Made by a program: the position numbers and the translations under genes. A model generated the notes under the pieces. It was not told where the DNA came from and did no database searches. It saw only the letters and a list, made by a program, of their open reading frames with translations. Positions 55,091-64,000 of a stretch of 64,000 nucleotides of DNA are shown piece by piece. This DNA comes from Nitrospirota bacterium (GTDB lineage Bacteria; Nitrospirota; JACRHJ01): NCBI GenBank assembly GCA_963845245.1, contig CAWJRJ010000034.1, positions 1 through 64,000 of the forward strand, given 5' to 3'. The first letter of the stretch is position 1, and every line of letters begins with the position of its first letter.

Positions 55091-55122
55091 CCAGTTCTAA
55101 ATATCAATGCCCGGTATCTGGG

Positions 55123-57726
55123 CTATGGAGCGCACTTCAATAAGAGCCCCGTTTTGCCGGCGGTTGCCGAGGTGCCTATCGTTACGACCGTGTTAGGCTT
55201 TATGGACAACAATGCTCCACCAGGCCACGATTCGTAAACGTTCAGATAGTATTTCCCCGGCGGCAGGCTAGACAGGGTAAACGAACCGTCGGATGCTGTC
55301 GTCGTGGAGACAATCACCGGTCCGGTGGCAACAACGGTAACAGCGCTTAAAAATGGGCTTGCAACTTTTCCCACATACTGTAGGGCCTTCCCGGAGATAG
55401 TATGTGTAGTGCCCACATCCAGACCGCCGGTCACGACAATGGCAAAGGGCTGTGGTCCGAACGGTACGTTTGAGCCATAAATATTTACATAAATATCGCC
55501 TGAAGCGGAAGGATCGAATTCAACGCTCTCGACGTTATTTAAGTAGTCGTAAGGTATGGTTCCATGATTGTTATACCATGGAGCGTGCGGGTCGTTGAAG
55601 CCCGATTGTTTAGAGCTGTAATTACCGTCATCCGTGAGTACATTGAGGTCGAGGTCATTGACCAGTTGTGTGTCGGCACCTATGGCGGCCGGATAGTCGG
55701 TCCATACGAGTGTGACCCTTACACGGTTCGTATTGTTCAAATGGAAACGATAGCTCTTGCCTCCGCCTGTCCCGATGCCAACCTTGTTGTCCACGAATGC
55801 GAGGAAACTGTCTGCAATAGTTGTCGGGTCGCCATCCGGCTGGCCTGGATAAACCGCCCCCATGACATTCAGCAGGCCCCACCCCTGGGCGAAGTCCGGC
55901 CGTCCAAACGGCCTAAGGAAGTCATCGGTAAGGGGAGGGACCGGAACCCCATTGCCTATATCGGTTGCTCCATTAATGATGGTGGCCTTTACAAGCGCGG
56001 CCGAAGGCGCGACTCCGCGTATGTCTTTGTAATATTGTCTGACGACCGCAGCGGCCCCTGAAACCATTGGCGTCGCGAAACTTGTACCGCCCACTCCGTA
56101 TATAGAATAAAAATATCCGAGGTCGTTGGGGAAGCGGCTCTGAGCAGACACTATCGTATTACCGGGGGCGACGACGTCCGGCTTTGTCCTGCCATCCTGC
56201 GTGGGCCCGCGTCCGCTGTAGGCCGCAATCCGGTCATATTTTGCAGCGCCTCCCACATCCCAGCCGAGTACCGGACTTCCGGAGAAATTACTGAAATAAA
56301 TACTAGGTCTTCTAAAATAACTTGAATAAGCGCCATACCCGTCTCTAGCCCCCTCCGTAGCCCCGACCGTGAGCACGTTTTTTGCGGTGCTCGGCGGGGA
56401 AATGGACCCGTTCTCGGGCAAACCGTCCGAAGTTTTCGTCTTTGTAGGGTCTGCCGAATAGTCCCAGAATACATCGCTCGCGTAGTTACCAGCTGCAAAT
56501 ACCGGGAGGAAGTCCTTGTGTCTCCACGCGAACGTATCAATCTGGACGGCCTGTATGTCGTAGTCGCCCAACTCGCCGTACATAGTACTCCAACTGCAGT
56601 TAAGGACTCTGACTCCGGCGTTGTATGCATCCAGGAATGGCCCCCTGTTCAAATCTGGCCATTTCATGAAGTCATCGTAGGTCTGGCCCGACTGCACGAA
56701 TAGACGCGCGCCGGGGGCAATACCTTGATATTTTTGTAATGGGTCAAACAGCATTCCGGTCATTATCCCGGCCACAAAGGTGCCGTGCCCTCCGCCCTCG
56801 TCCCTCCAGCTGCCATCGTCCCTGTAACTTATGTGCCCGGATATCTTGCTCTTGCCGTCCGGGGTTTTTCCTGCGAAGGCAGGGTGCATCGTGGATGCGT
56901 TACCAAAGATAGCGTGGATCTTGGATGTGCTACCAATATCAAGGCCGGAGTCGAGAACCCCGACAATCTGCCCCCGGCCATCGAGCGGCCTGGGAAGCGA
57001 CTGGGCTGCGTCGGCATTGACTACGACCCTTGCCACATCCATAGACAGTTTGGCGTATGTAAACGGCTCCACCCATTCCACTTCTGCAATTCCAGCAATG
57101 CCAGCCGCCTTGTAGAACGGGATTTGAACCTTTAGGACCTTCTCGTTAAGCCCGTCACCGTCAGAAATGACCTCCACCGTGCCGTTCATCTTCTCGATGG
57201 CGGCAATCACCGGCTTCAACGGCTCTTTGTCAAACACCTTCACCCTGAGCGCTAACACCGCTTCCGTCGAAGCCGATGTAGCGAAAGTAGAGTACCCCGC
57301 TCTAACCTTGTTGTTAAGCCCACGGGATATCTTGTATTCGGGCCTGTACTCACCGACATACTGGACATGCGGGCTGAACATGACGGACGACTGCGTGGAA
57401 GGGTCGAGCTTGACCAGAAACGCGTTTACCGGGATATAAGAAAAGAACCGGACACCCTTGGCTTCAAGGGCCTTCTTCCATTCATCGAGCACCGGGCCGT
57501 CGAACTGGATTATATAGAATGCCTTGCCGTCGTTTGTCTTCCCTCCCTCAAGGGTCTTTGAGTTCGTTGACTTCTGCGCGTCCCTTGTGTCTATCATGCT
57601 GGTCTTGAGCTTCAGCTTGAAATTACCGTCCGAGGCCCACGCCATAGCCATGACGGAAACACCTAAGATCAATGAAAGTATAAAGACTAATCTTTTCATC
57701 CCCCCCCCTTTCCAATTCCGATGCAT
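55123..57726 (-). CDS. secreted S8 subtilisin-family protease (KP-43-like) with C-terminal beta domains
   Basis: Catalytic LDSG, GHGT, GTSFATP; FAAGN, KPDVVAPG, LVWTD...NDLDL jelly-roll domain, terminal carboxypeptidase-regulatory-like domain; likely start near 57699. Confidence 0.92.
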   Translation of the reverse strand: MHRNWKGGGMKRLVFILSLILGVSVMAMAWASDGNFKLKLKTSMIDTRDAQKSTNSKTLEGGKTNDGKAFYIIQFDGPVLDEWKKALEAKGVRFFSYIPVNAFLVKLDPSTQSSVMFSPHVQYVGEYRPEYKISRGLNNKVRAGYSTFATSASTEAVLALRVKVFDKEPLKPVIAAIEKMNGTVEVISDGDGLNEKVLKVQIPFYKAAGIAGIAEVEWVEPFTYAKLSMDVARVVVNADAAQSLPRPLDGRGQIVGVLDSGLDIGSTSKIHAIFGNASTMHPAFAGKTPDGKSKISGHISYRDDGSWRDEGGGHGTFVAGIMTGMLFDPLQKYQGIAPGARLFVQSGQTYDDFMKWPDLNRGPFLDAYNAGVRVLNCSWSTMYGELGDYDIQAVQIDTFAWRHKDFLPVFAAGNYASDVFWDYSADPTKTKTSDGLPENGSISPPSTAKNVLTVGATEGARDGYGAYSSYFRRPSIYFSNFSGSPVLGWDVGGAAKYDRIAAYSGRGPTQDGRTKPDVVAPGNTIVSAQSRFPNDLGYFYSIYGVGGTSFATPMVSGAAAVVRQYYKDIRGVAPSAALVKATIINGATDIGNGVPVPPLTDDFLRPFGRPDFAQGWGLLNVMGAVYPGQPDGDPTTIADSFLAFVDNKVGIGTGGGKSYRFHLNNTNRVRVTLVWTDYPAAIGADTQLVNDLDLNVLTDDGNYSSKQSGFNDPHAPWYNNHGTIPYDYLNNVESVEFDPSASGDIYVNIYGSNVPFGPQPFAIVVTGGLDVGTTHTISGKALQYVGKVASPFLSAVTVVATGPVIVSTTTASDGSFTLSSLPPGKYYLNVYESWPGGALLSIKPNTVVTIGTSATAGKTGLLLKCAP

Positions 57727-57841
57727 TAGCTTATCTTATAACTCATCCCCAATAAAAAATATACTTGCATATAATATATTTCATCAATCATAAATGCAAA
57801 CTTTTTCTTAATAATATTTAATTTTAAAAATCCGCTGTCTT

Positions 57842-57870
57842 TTGACAGCCCGACCCAAGTTTGTTATATT
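57842..57870 (+). promoter_or_regulatory. sigma70 promoter of the DUF4912-GH57 operon
   Basis: TTGACA, 17 bp spacer, TG-T-TATATT. Confidence 0.75.
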
Positions 57871-57939
57871 TATTTCTTAATTACCAAGTCTACCTTTAGT
57901 TGACCTGCACTCACAATTATACGACATAAGGGAGCGGTC

Positions 57940-59008
57940 ATGAAAAGAAGCGCACTACAAAAGATGAACAAGGGCGGGCTGTTGGAGCTTGCCGTCCAGA
58001 GAAATTTAACGTTGGATAAGACCCTGAAAAAGCAGGAGCTTGTCGATGCACTCCATAGTTCTTTCGCAGGCGCTCCAGCCGCGCATCAAATGCATCCCGT
58101 CAAGCCCTCTGTCGAGCCCTCTGCCGACAGCTGTGGCGGGCCTGAGCCCGGCATGCAGGAGACGGTTGAGGAGAGCAGGTTTTATACCGGCGTCCCGGAG
58201 CAGGGCGCATACGCCATACCGTCCGAGCTTCCCTATTATTACAACAACGACAACATCGTTCTGCTTGTCCGTGACCCCCATTGGACCTTTACTTATTGGG
58301 AGGTCACGCATGGAAAGCTCGAAGCCGGGATGGCCCAGCTCGGCTGCAACGGTTCCGGTTCGCTGACCTTACGTGTATACGACGTCACCGACACCGACTT
58401 CAACGGCCATAACGCGCACAACTACAATGACATCGGCGTTTACGAGCGGGTGGGCAGCTGGTATGTCAACACAGGGAGGCCGGGCAGGTCCTTCATAATA
58501 GACTTAGGGCTTAAGGCGCCCGACGGGCGCTTTATAACACTTGCGCGCTCCAATGTCGTAAAAACTCCGCCGGACTCGGTATCCAGCATACTGGACGAGG
58601 AATGGGTTCTGCCTGGAACAGGACTACAGGCGTATCTTCGCGCTCTCAGGCGGCTACTCCGCCATTGGCGCGTCGTCTGCGGAGCTGCACGCCGCCGCAT
58701 CAAACAGGGTGGCGTTCGGCATGTCGTCTCCGGGCATGGGCAGCCTGGCCCTGATGTCGCCCATGATGAAAAAGAAAGAGCGCTCGTTCTGGTTCGTGCT
58801 GAACACCGAGCTTATCGTATACGGCGCCACCGAGCCCGACGCCGCAGTAACCGTTTTGGGCGAGAGGGTGCAGCTTCGCCCTGACGGGACCTTCACCATG
58901 AGGTTCGCCTTGCCGGACGGGACGCAGGTGATACCGGTCTCGGCCACATCCGCCGACGAAGTCGAGACCAGGTGGATCACGCCTCAAGTCCATAGAGAAA
59001 CACATTAG
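57940..59008 (+). CDS. DUF4912-domain protein (frameshift near 58620-58640)
   Basis: N-terminal Rho-N-like helix pair, LLVRDP.W...YWE, LRVYDVT, ARSN, C-terminal FWF...ELIVYGATEP...DGTF. Confidence 0.85.
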
Positions 59009-59100
59009 ACATAGCATTTCATCTAACAGCCCCGGCAGCCGGCCAACTCTCCAAATGCTAAGAGAGTCTGGCCTTGCCGGGGTGTTATTCAGGGGGATAA

Positions 59101-60684
59101 ATGGAAAAGGGGTATCTCTCGATAGTCCTGCACGCCCACCTTCCCTTCGTGAGGCATCCGGAGCATGATGACTTCCTGGAAGAGGACTGGCTCTACGAGG
59201 CGATAACAGAGACATACATACCACTGCTGAACGCCTTCGACGCGCTGGTAAGGGACGGCGTCTATTTCCGCATCACGATGAGCCTGACACCCACGCTCAT
59301 CGGTATGCTGACCGACCCGCTCCTGCAGGACCGCTACCTGAGGCATATCGGTAAGCTCATAGAGCTTTCGGAAAAGGAAGTGGAGCGCACGCGCTGGCAG
59401 CCGGAGTTCCACTCGCTTGCCCGGATGTACAGGGAGAGGTTCAACAACGCCCGCTACGTCTTTCTTAACAAATACAACAAGAACCTCGTGGAGGCATTCA
59501 AGAGGTTCCAGGACTCAGGACACCTGGAGATCATAACATGCGCGGCCACGCACGGCTTCATGCCGCTCATGGAGCTTAACCCGCAGGCGGTACGCGCCCA
59601 GATAGGCATCGCGGTAAGGAATTACGAGAAGCATCTGGGCCGCAGGCCGAACGGCATATGGCTGCCGGAGTGCGGCTACTATCCAGGCCTCGACGATATA
59701 TTGAAGGAGTTCGGGATAAAGTTCTTCTTCACCGACAGCCACGGGATACTCTACGCAACGCCCCGCCCAAAATACGGCGTGTTCGCGCCTGTTTACTGCA
59801 AGAGCGGGGTGGCCGCATTCGGGCGCGACCTGGAGTCATCCAAACAGGTTTGGAGCGCGCAGGAGGGTTACCCCGGAGACTACCGTTACCGCGACTTCTA
59901 CCGCGACGTCGGCTTCGACCTCGACTACGATTATATAAAGCCCTACCTTCACAACGACGGCATCAGGACGCACATCGGCATGAAGTACCACAGGATAACG
60001 GGCATTACCGACAACAAGACGCCCTACGACCGCGACGCCGCGATGTCCATTGCGGCGGACCACGCGGGCAACTTCATGTTCAACCGCGAGAAACAGGCCG
60101 GGTACCTCGAATCCATAATGGGAAAAAAGCCCATCATCGTGTCGCCATACGACGCCGAGCTATTCGGGCACTGGTGGTATGAGGGACCTGACTGGCTCGA
60201 ATTCCTCTTCAGGAAGATCCATTTCGACCAGGACACGATAAAGACGATAACGCCTTCCGAATACCTGCGTGAAAACCCTGTCAACCAGCGATCGACGCCT
60301 TCTTTTTCGTCATGGGGCCACAAAGGCTACTCCGAGGTCTGGCTGGAGGGCAGCAACGACTGGGTGTACCGCCACCTGCATACCGCGGCGCAGAGGATGG
60401 TGGAGCTTGCGCGGAAGCATGCTGGAGGTGCCGACAGGCTGACCGTACGCGCGCTTAACCAGGCGTCACGCGAACTGCTCCTTGCGCAGAGTTCCGACTG
60501 GGCATTCATAATGAAGACAGGAACGATGGTCCAGTACGCCGTGAAACGCACAAAAGAACACGTTAACCGTTTTAACGCGCTTTATGATATGATAATAAGC
60601 AAACGGGTGGACAATAAACTCATTGAAGACCTGGAGCACAGGGACAACATATTCCCGGAGCTGGATTACAGGTCTTACATTTAG
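59101..60684 (+). CDS. GH57 1,4-alpha-glucan branching enzyme (DUF1957)
   Basis: HAHLPFV, ETYIPLL, WLPECG, YDAELFGHWWYEG, QSSDWAF. Confidence 0.93.
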   Translation: MEKGYLSIVLHAHLPFVRHPEHDDFLEEDWLYEAITETYIPLLNAFDALVRDGVYFRITMSLTPTLIGMLTDPLLQDRYLRHIGKLIELSEKEVERTRWQPEFHSLARMYRERFNNARYVFLNKYNKNLVEAFKRFQDSGHLEIITCAATHGFMPLMELNPQAVRAQIGIAVRNYEKHLGRRPNGIWLPECGYYPGLDDILKEFGIKFFFTDSHGILYATPRPKYGVFAPVYCKSGVAAFGRDLESSKQVWSAQEGYPGDYRYRDFYRDVGFDLDYDYIKPYLHNDGIRTHIGMKYHRITGITDNKTPYDRDAAMSIAADHAGNFMFNREKQAGYLESIMGKKPIIVSPYDAELFGHWWYEGPDWLEFLFRKIHFDQDTIKTITPSEYLRENPVNQRSTPSFSSWGHKGYSEVWLEGSNDWVYRHLHTAAQRMVELARKHAGGADRLTVRALNQASRELLLAQSSDWAFIMKTGTMVQYAVKRTKEHVNRFNALYDMIISKRVDNKLIEDLEHRDNIFPELDYRSYI

Positions 60685-60700
60685 CGGATATAAGGCACAA

Positions 60701-60928
60701 ATGACACCGAAGTGCTTCGAGAAAGCCACAAAATATCCAGATAACGCGCACTTGAACAGGTACACCAAGGTGGGCGTATATCCTGACGGGACTGACGGCC
60801 ACCGTGTAACTTACGAAGGGGCCTGCTTTATCTGCGGGGCCCCGGTAACGGTACACAAGGTGTGGAGCTGCACGCCAGAAAATATCCCTGACATCATCAA
60901 GGACAGGTTTTTGTGTGATGAACACTGA
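60701..60928 (+). CDS. small hypothetical protein with CxxC and distal Cys/His
   Basis: ATG at 60701, 75 aa, CFIC...C...CDEH. Confidence 0.55.
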   Translation: MTPKCFEKATKYPDNAHLNRYTKVGVYPDGTDGHRVTYEGACFICGAPVTVHKVWSCTPENIPDIIKDRFLCDEH

Positions 60929-60995
60929 TGATATTGTCCCTGTAATCCCTCTTACCGGTATTGATTGCATGCCGGACATGTGATAGTATTCCCGG

Positions 60996-61643
60996 ATGGA
61001 CGATTTAAAGAAAGCCGAGTTTCTGGCGGCGTTCCCATCCTTGGGCGACGACCAAACTGCAGCCGCCGATATCATGGCGGTGTCGCATATACAGCCTTTT
61101 CCGGCAGCCTACCAGGTATACTCCGAGGGCGACTCCTGCGGGGCGATCGCTTTCCTGCTTTCAGGCGAGATACGCGTATACAAGACGGGCGAGAACGGCC
61201 GCGAGATAACATTATACGAGATAGGCTCCGGCGAGACCTGCATCCTGAACGCATCCTGCATACTCTCAGGCAAGTTCTACCCGGCGAACGCCGTCAGCCT
61301 CTCAGCCGGTGAGGCCTTGATGGTCCCTTCGGAGGATTTCCGCAGGCTGATAGACAAATACACTTCCATCAGGGAGATGCTGTTCCGCATCCTTGCCGAG
61401 CGGTTATCAGGCGTGATGGCGCTAATCGACGAGGTCGCATTCGCACGGATGGACGACCGCCTCATGGACTATATAATAGAGAAGTCCGAAGACGGGGCCC
61501 TGTCTGCCACGCACCAGAAGATCGCCTTCGACCTGGGCACCTCGCGTGAGGTGGTCAGCCGGATCCTGAAGGATTTCGAAAGGCGCGGCGTCCTCTCGCT
61601 CGCGCGAAACTCCATAACCCTGCTCAAAACCGATAATATCTAG
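60996..61643 (+). CDS. Crp/Fnr-family transcriptional regulator
   Basis: GREITLY...GETC cNMP-fold, HTH THQKIA.DLGTSREVVSR. Confidence 0.93.
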   Translation: MDDLKKAEFLAAFPSLGDDQTAAADIMAVSHIQPFPAAYQVYSEGDSCGAIAFLLSGEIRVYKTGENGREITLYEIGSGETCILNASCILSGKFYPANAVSLSAGEALMVPSEDFRRLIDKYTSIREMLFRILAERLSGVMALIDEVAFARMDDRLMDYIIEKSEDGALSATHQKIAFDLGTSREVVSRILKDFERRGVLSLARNSITLLKTDNI

Positions 61644-61667
61644 ACCCTTTCCTTTTTTCTTCCCTTT

Positions 61668-61682
61668 TGTGACATAGTCACA
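61668..61682. promoter_or_regulatory. Crp/Fnr-type operator palindrome
   Basis: Perfect inverted repeat TGTGAC-ATA-GTCACA between the regulator and the DUF2892 gene. Confidence 0.75.
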
Positions 61683-61745
61683 GACATCGCTCCGCCTACT
61701 CATATAGAATGCATCCATGTTTAATCTTTGTATGGAGGTTTGAGG

Positions 61746-61940
61746 ATGTTCAACAAAAACGTAGGCGGGTTTGAGAGGGTCATGCGCGTTATTGCCGGGG
61801 CCGTTATCATTTCGCTGGCATTCTGGGGTCCGAAGTCGCCGTGGGCGTATTTCGGGATGGTGCCGCTCTTTACCGGGCTTACAGGCTGGTGTCCGCCGTA
61901 TGCCCTGTTCGGGCGCAAGACATGCAGTAAATGCAGATAA
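61746..61940 (+). CDS. DUF2892/YgaP-family membrane protein
   Basis: NVG..ER..R, PLFTGLTGWCPPY.LFG..TC signature. Confidence 0.9.
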   Translation: MFNKNVGGFERVMRVIAGAVIISLAFWGPKSPWAYFGMVPLFTGLTGWCPPYALFGRKTCSKCR

Positions 61941-61955
61941 ACAGGAGGTTTTGAA

Positions 61956-62237
61956 ATGAAAAGGTTATTCGTTCTCTCAGTCGCAGCCTGTGCAATCGCA
62001 GGGTTTGCGGCAATGGCATCGGCAAATACCATCGATGCTTCAGGCATCTCGTCGGTCTCGATAAATGCCCCCGCGTCAAAGATAGTCGTCTCGGAAACCA
62101 AGATGGTTTCGCTAGACAGCAACGGCGCCTTTGTGGCCGCTGTCCCCGCCGTAGTGACCGCCACTTCCAAGGCAGCCCCGGCAACCGGCAAGGTAACCTG
62201 CCTCGACAGCTATTGCAGGTTCAGCGTATCTCTCTAA
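61956..62237 (+). CDS. small exported protein
   Basis: AGGAGG SD, signal peptide (ASA), C-terminal CLDSYC. Confidence 0.65.
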   Translation: MKRLFVLSVAACAIAGFAAMASANTIDASGISSVSINAPASKIVVSETKMVSLDSNGAFVAAVPAVVTATSKAAPATGKVTCLDSYCRFSVSL

Positions 62238-62257
62238 GACACCACTAAGAGAGACTT

Positions 62258-62290
62258 AAAAGCCCGGGGGCCTATCCTCCGGGCTTTTTT
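62258..62290. terminator. bidirectional intrinsic terminator
   Basis: AAAAGCCCGG...CCGGGCTTTTTT between convergent genes. Confidence 0.8.
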
Positions 62291-62291
62291 A

Positions 62292-63410
62292 TTACTGGTA
62301 ATCCTTCATGTTCTCGATGTCCGGCTCCCCTTCCGGGGCGGCCTTCTGGACGGGAATGGCTTCAACTTCCGTGCCTTTGAGCGTGGTCTTGAGCGAGCGG
62401 CAGAGGTCACCTACCCTCTTCGTGATTGCCGCATATTCCGGTTCTTTCTTCTTAAGCACCCTCGGTACGCCGCCCTTCTCGATTATCACCGGAATTATGC
62501 TCACCTTCGATGGCGTGTTATTTCCTTCTTCGTACACGACCTTTGCTATCATCGACTCCTGGCCTGCCGGGTTCTTGGCGTCGAACTGGAAGTTCCCGAG
62601 GGAATAGAATATCGGCCTGTCGCGGTAGATCTCCACGCCCTGTATGCGGTGCGGGTGCGTCCCGAATATCACGTCGGCCCCGCAGTCTATCAGCATCTTC
62701 GCAATCGTCTGCTGCCTGTTCGTGGGCGAATACGTCGCCTCCACGCCCCAGTGCAGGCTGAGTATTATCAGCGCGTCGGGGTTGTCCATCCGGGCCTGGC
62801 ATAGATGCTCAAGCAGCGCGTTCTCGTCCTTCATGGACGCCACGCCAGCAGTATCTACCGTAGCCTCGTAGTCCAGCGGCACGACGTCCGACGCGGCGAA
62901 TATGATAAGCTTCCTGCCGCCCGCGTCATAAGTCACAGGCTTTTCCGCGTCGGCGAGCGTCTCCCCCGCGCCCGCCGTTACTATGCCCGCCTTCTTAAGC
63001 TCGGCCAGCGTGTCCGTAAGCCCATCGCCCTGGTAGTCCATTATGTGGTTGTTGGCGATGGTCAGCACCGAGAAGCCCGCGTCGCGTATGGCCTGGGCCG
63101 CGCCCGCGTTGCTGCACTTGAAGACGAAGTCGCGCCCCTGCTTTATCAGTTTCGGGTCCTTGGACTCCGTTACTTCCTTCTCCTTCGTCAGCGGGGTCTC
63201 AAGGTTGCCGATGGCCACGTCCGCCTCAAAGAGCGTGCTGTTCACGTCCTTGAAAAGTTTCGGCACGGGGAGGCAGAGCTTGGTCCATGAGGCGTGCGGG
63301 AGTATGTCGCCGACGGCCATTATGGTGAGTTCGGAGGCGAAGGCGGGACTAGCAATACATAAAAAAAGCCCCATAAAGAGAGGGGCACATATCTTAAAAG
63401 ATTTTTTCAT
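62292..63410 (-). CDS. CapA-family (poly-gamma-glutamate synthesis-like) metallophosphatase
   Basis: VGDI, NLETP, ANNH, HWG, GTHPH, YSLGNF. Confidence 0.92.
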   Translation of the reverse strand: MKKSFKICAPLFMGLFLCIASPAFASELTIMAVGDILPHASWTKLCLPVPKLFKDVNSTLFEADVAIGNLETPLTKEKEVTESKDPKLIKQGRDFVFKCSNAGAAQAIRDAGFSVLTIANNHIMDYQGDGLTDTLAELKKAGIVTAGAGETLADAEKPVTYDAGGRKLIIFAASDVVPLDYEATVDTAGVASMKDENALLEHLCQARMDNPDALIILSLHWGVEATYSPTNRQQTIAKMLIDCGADVIFGTHPHRIQGVEIYRDRPIFYSLGNFQFDAKNPAGQESMIAKVVYEEGNNTPSKVSIIPVIIEKGGVPRVLKKKEPEYAAITKRVGDLCRSLKTTLKGTEVEAIPVQKAAPEGEPDIENMKDYQ

Positions 63411-63414
63411 TTTT

Positions 63415-63801
63415 TTAATTTAAACAACCAGAATTTAAAAAAATACAAATTTTGCCGGTTACCAAAAAACCGATTAAACCAATACTAAACCAAATCATCA
63501 TTAATCCTAAAAAAACAACAGATAGAAAATTTTCTAGGACAACATCTCTTAATTTTAAAGTTTTGGGATCTACAAGAAAGTATTTAACCATTATAACAAG
63601 TAATATTATCCAAACACAAAAAAGCATAATTAAACAAAAATCGCCCCCACAAATACCTTTGTTTTTAATTAATGGAAGGTCTGGTGAGGTAAATTGAAGT
63701 CCACGCAAGACCAAAACAAGCAAAAAAAAGAATATACCAATAATAAGAGCTTTCTTGCCTGAGGAAAGCGAAATTAATTTATCAAAATATTCTCTAATCA
63801 T
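63415..63801 (-). CDS. AT-rich hypothetical 3-TM membrane protein
   Basis: Three hydrophobic segments; much lower GC than its neighbours. Confidence 0.55.
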   Translation of the reverse strand: MIREYFDKLISLSSGKKALIIGIFFFLLVLVLRGLQFTSPDLPLIKNKGICGGDFCLIMLFCVWIILLVIMVKYFLVDPKTLKLRDVVLENFLSVVFLGLMMIWFSIGLIGFLVTGKICIFLNSGCLN

Positions 63802-63839
63802 GAAAATAATATGGCCGACACTAAGGTCGGCCCCTAAAT

Positions 63840-64000
63840 TTAGGAAAGAACATCTAGTTTGATATGCAGTTCCCGAAGTTGCGTCTTGTCCACGTCGGAC
63901 GGGGCCTCGGTCATAAGGCAGGTCGCCTTCTGGGTCTTGGGGAATGCTATGACGTCGCGGATGGAGCTTGCGCCGGTCAGTATCATCGTCAGCCTGTCCA
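63840..64000 (-). CDS. aspS: aspartate--tRNA ligase, 3' end (partial, runs off the window)
   Basis: Minus strand reads [52 protein letters not shown]. Confidence 0.93.
   Translation of the reverse strand, partial: DRLTMILTGASSIRDVIAFPKTQKATCLMTEAPSDVDKTQLRELHIKLDVLS

Noticed and set aside
62292..63410. Poly-gamma-glutamate capsule locus
   Set aside because: Only a stand-alone CapA-family gene; capB and capC are absent from the window

Overview
64 kb chromosomal segment of a diderm (Gram-negative-type) bacterium with moderately high GC and several AT-richer inserts. Gene content (cdaA-cdaR-glmM, Rieske/cyt b complex, TMTC-like proteins, CDP-3,6-dideoxysugar genes) suggests a Nitrospirota- or Desulfobacterota-like organism, but this is inference only. 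From left to right: two AT-rich orphan ORFs; a respiratory/TCA cluster (sdhA, two inserted small genes, sdhB, sucCD, ferredoxin, Rieske protein, cyt b-cyt c fusion; no sdhC in the window); initiator tRNA-fMet, whose 3' end plus about 100 bp is duplicated downstream and marks a decayed integration island (ferritin-like gene, TPR gene, kdp operon with two small membrane peptides, kdpDE); two tandem GT-C/TPR (TMTC-like) genes; a DUF1571-like gene; a candidate unannotated structured sRNA with its own promoter and terminator; an Lpp/OprI-like lipoprotein paired with an L,D-transpeptidase; a PilZ protein; a CDP-branched dideoxysugar cluster with GT2 and GT-C transferases; an outer-membrane barrel; an AhpD-like gene; tRNA-Met, tilS, hpt, an inserted HD-GYP gene, ftsH, folP, cdaA, cdaR, glmM, a TPR-kinase and comEC; an oxidoreductase/radical SAM/GT2 cassette; a HAD phosphatase; an S8 protease; DUF4912 with a GH57 branching enzyme; Crp/Fnr with DUF2892; CapA; and the 3' end of aspS. 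Many genes, including essential ones, carry single-base frameshifts, most consistent with uncorrected long-read indel errors. No CRISPR array, rRNA, IS or intact integrase was found. All family calls come from motif recognition by eye, not from database searches.
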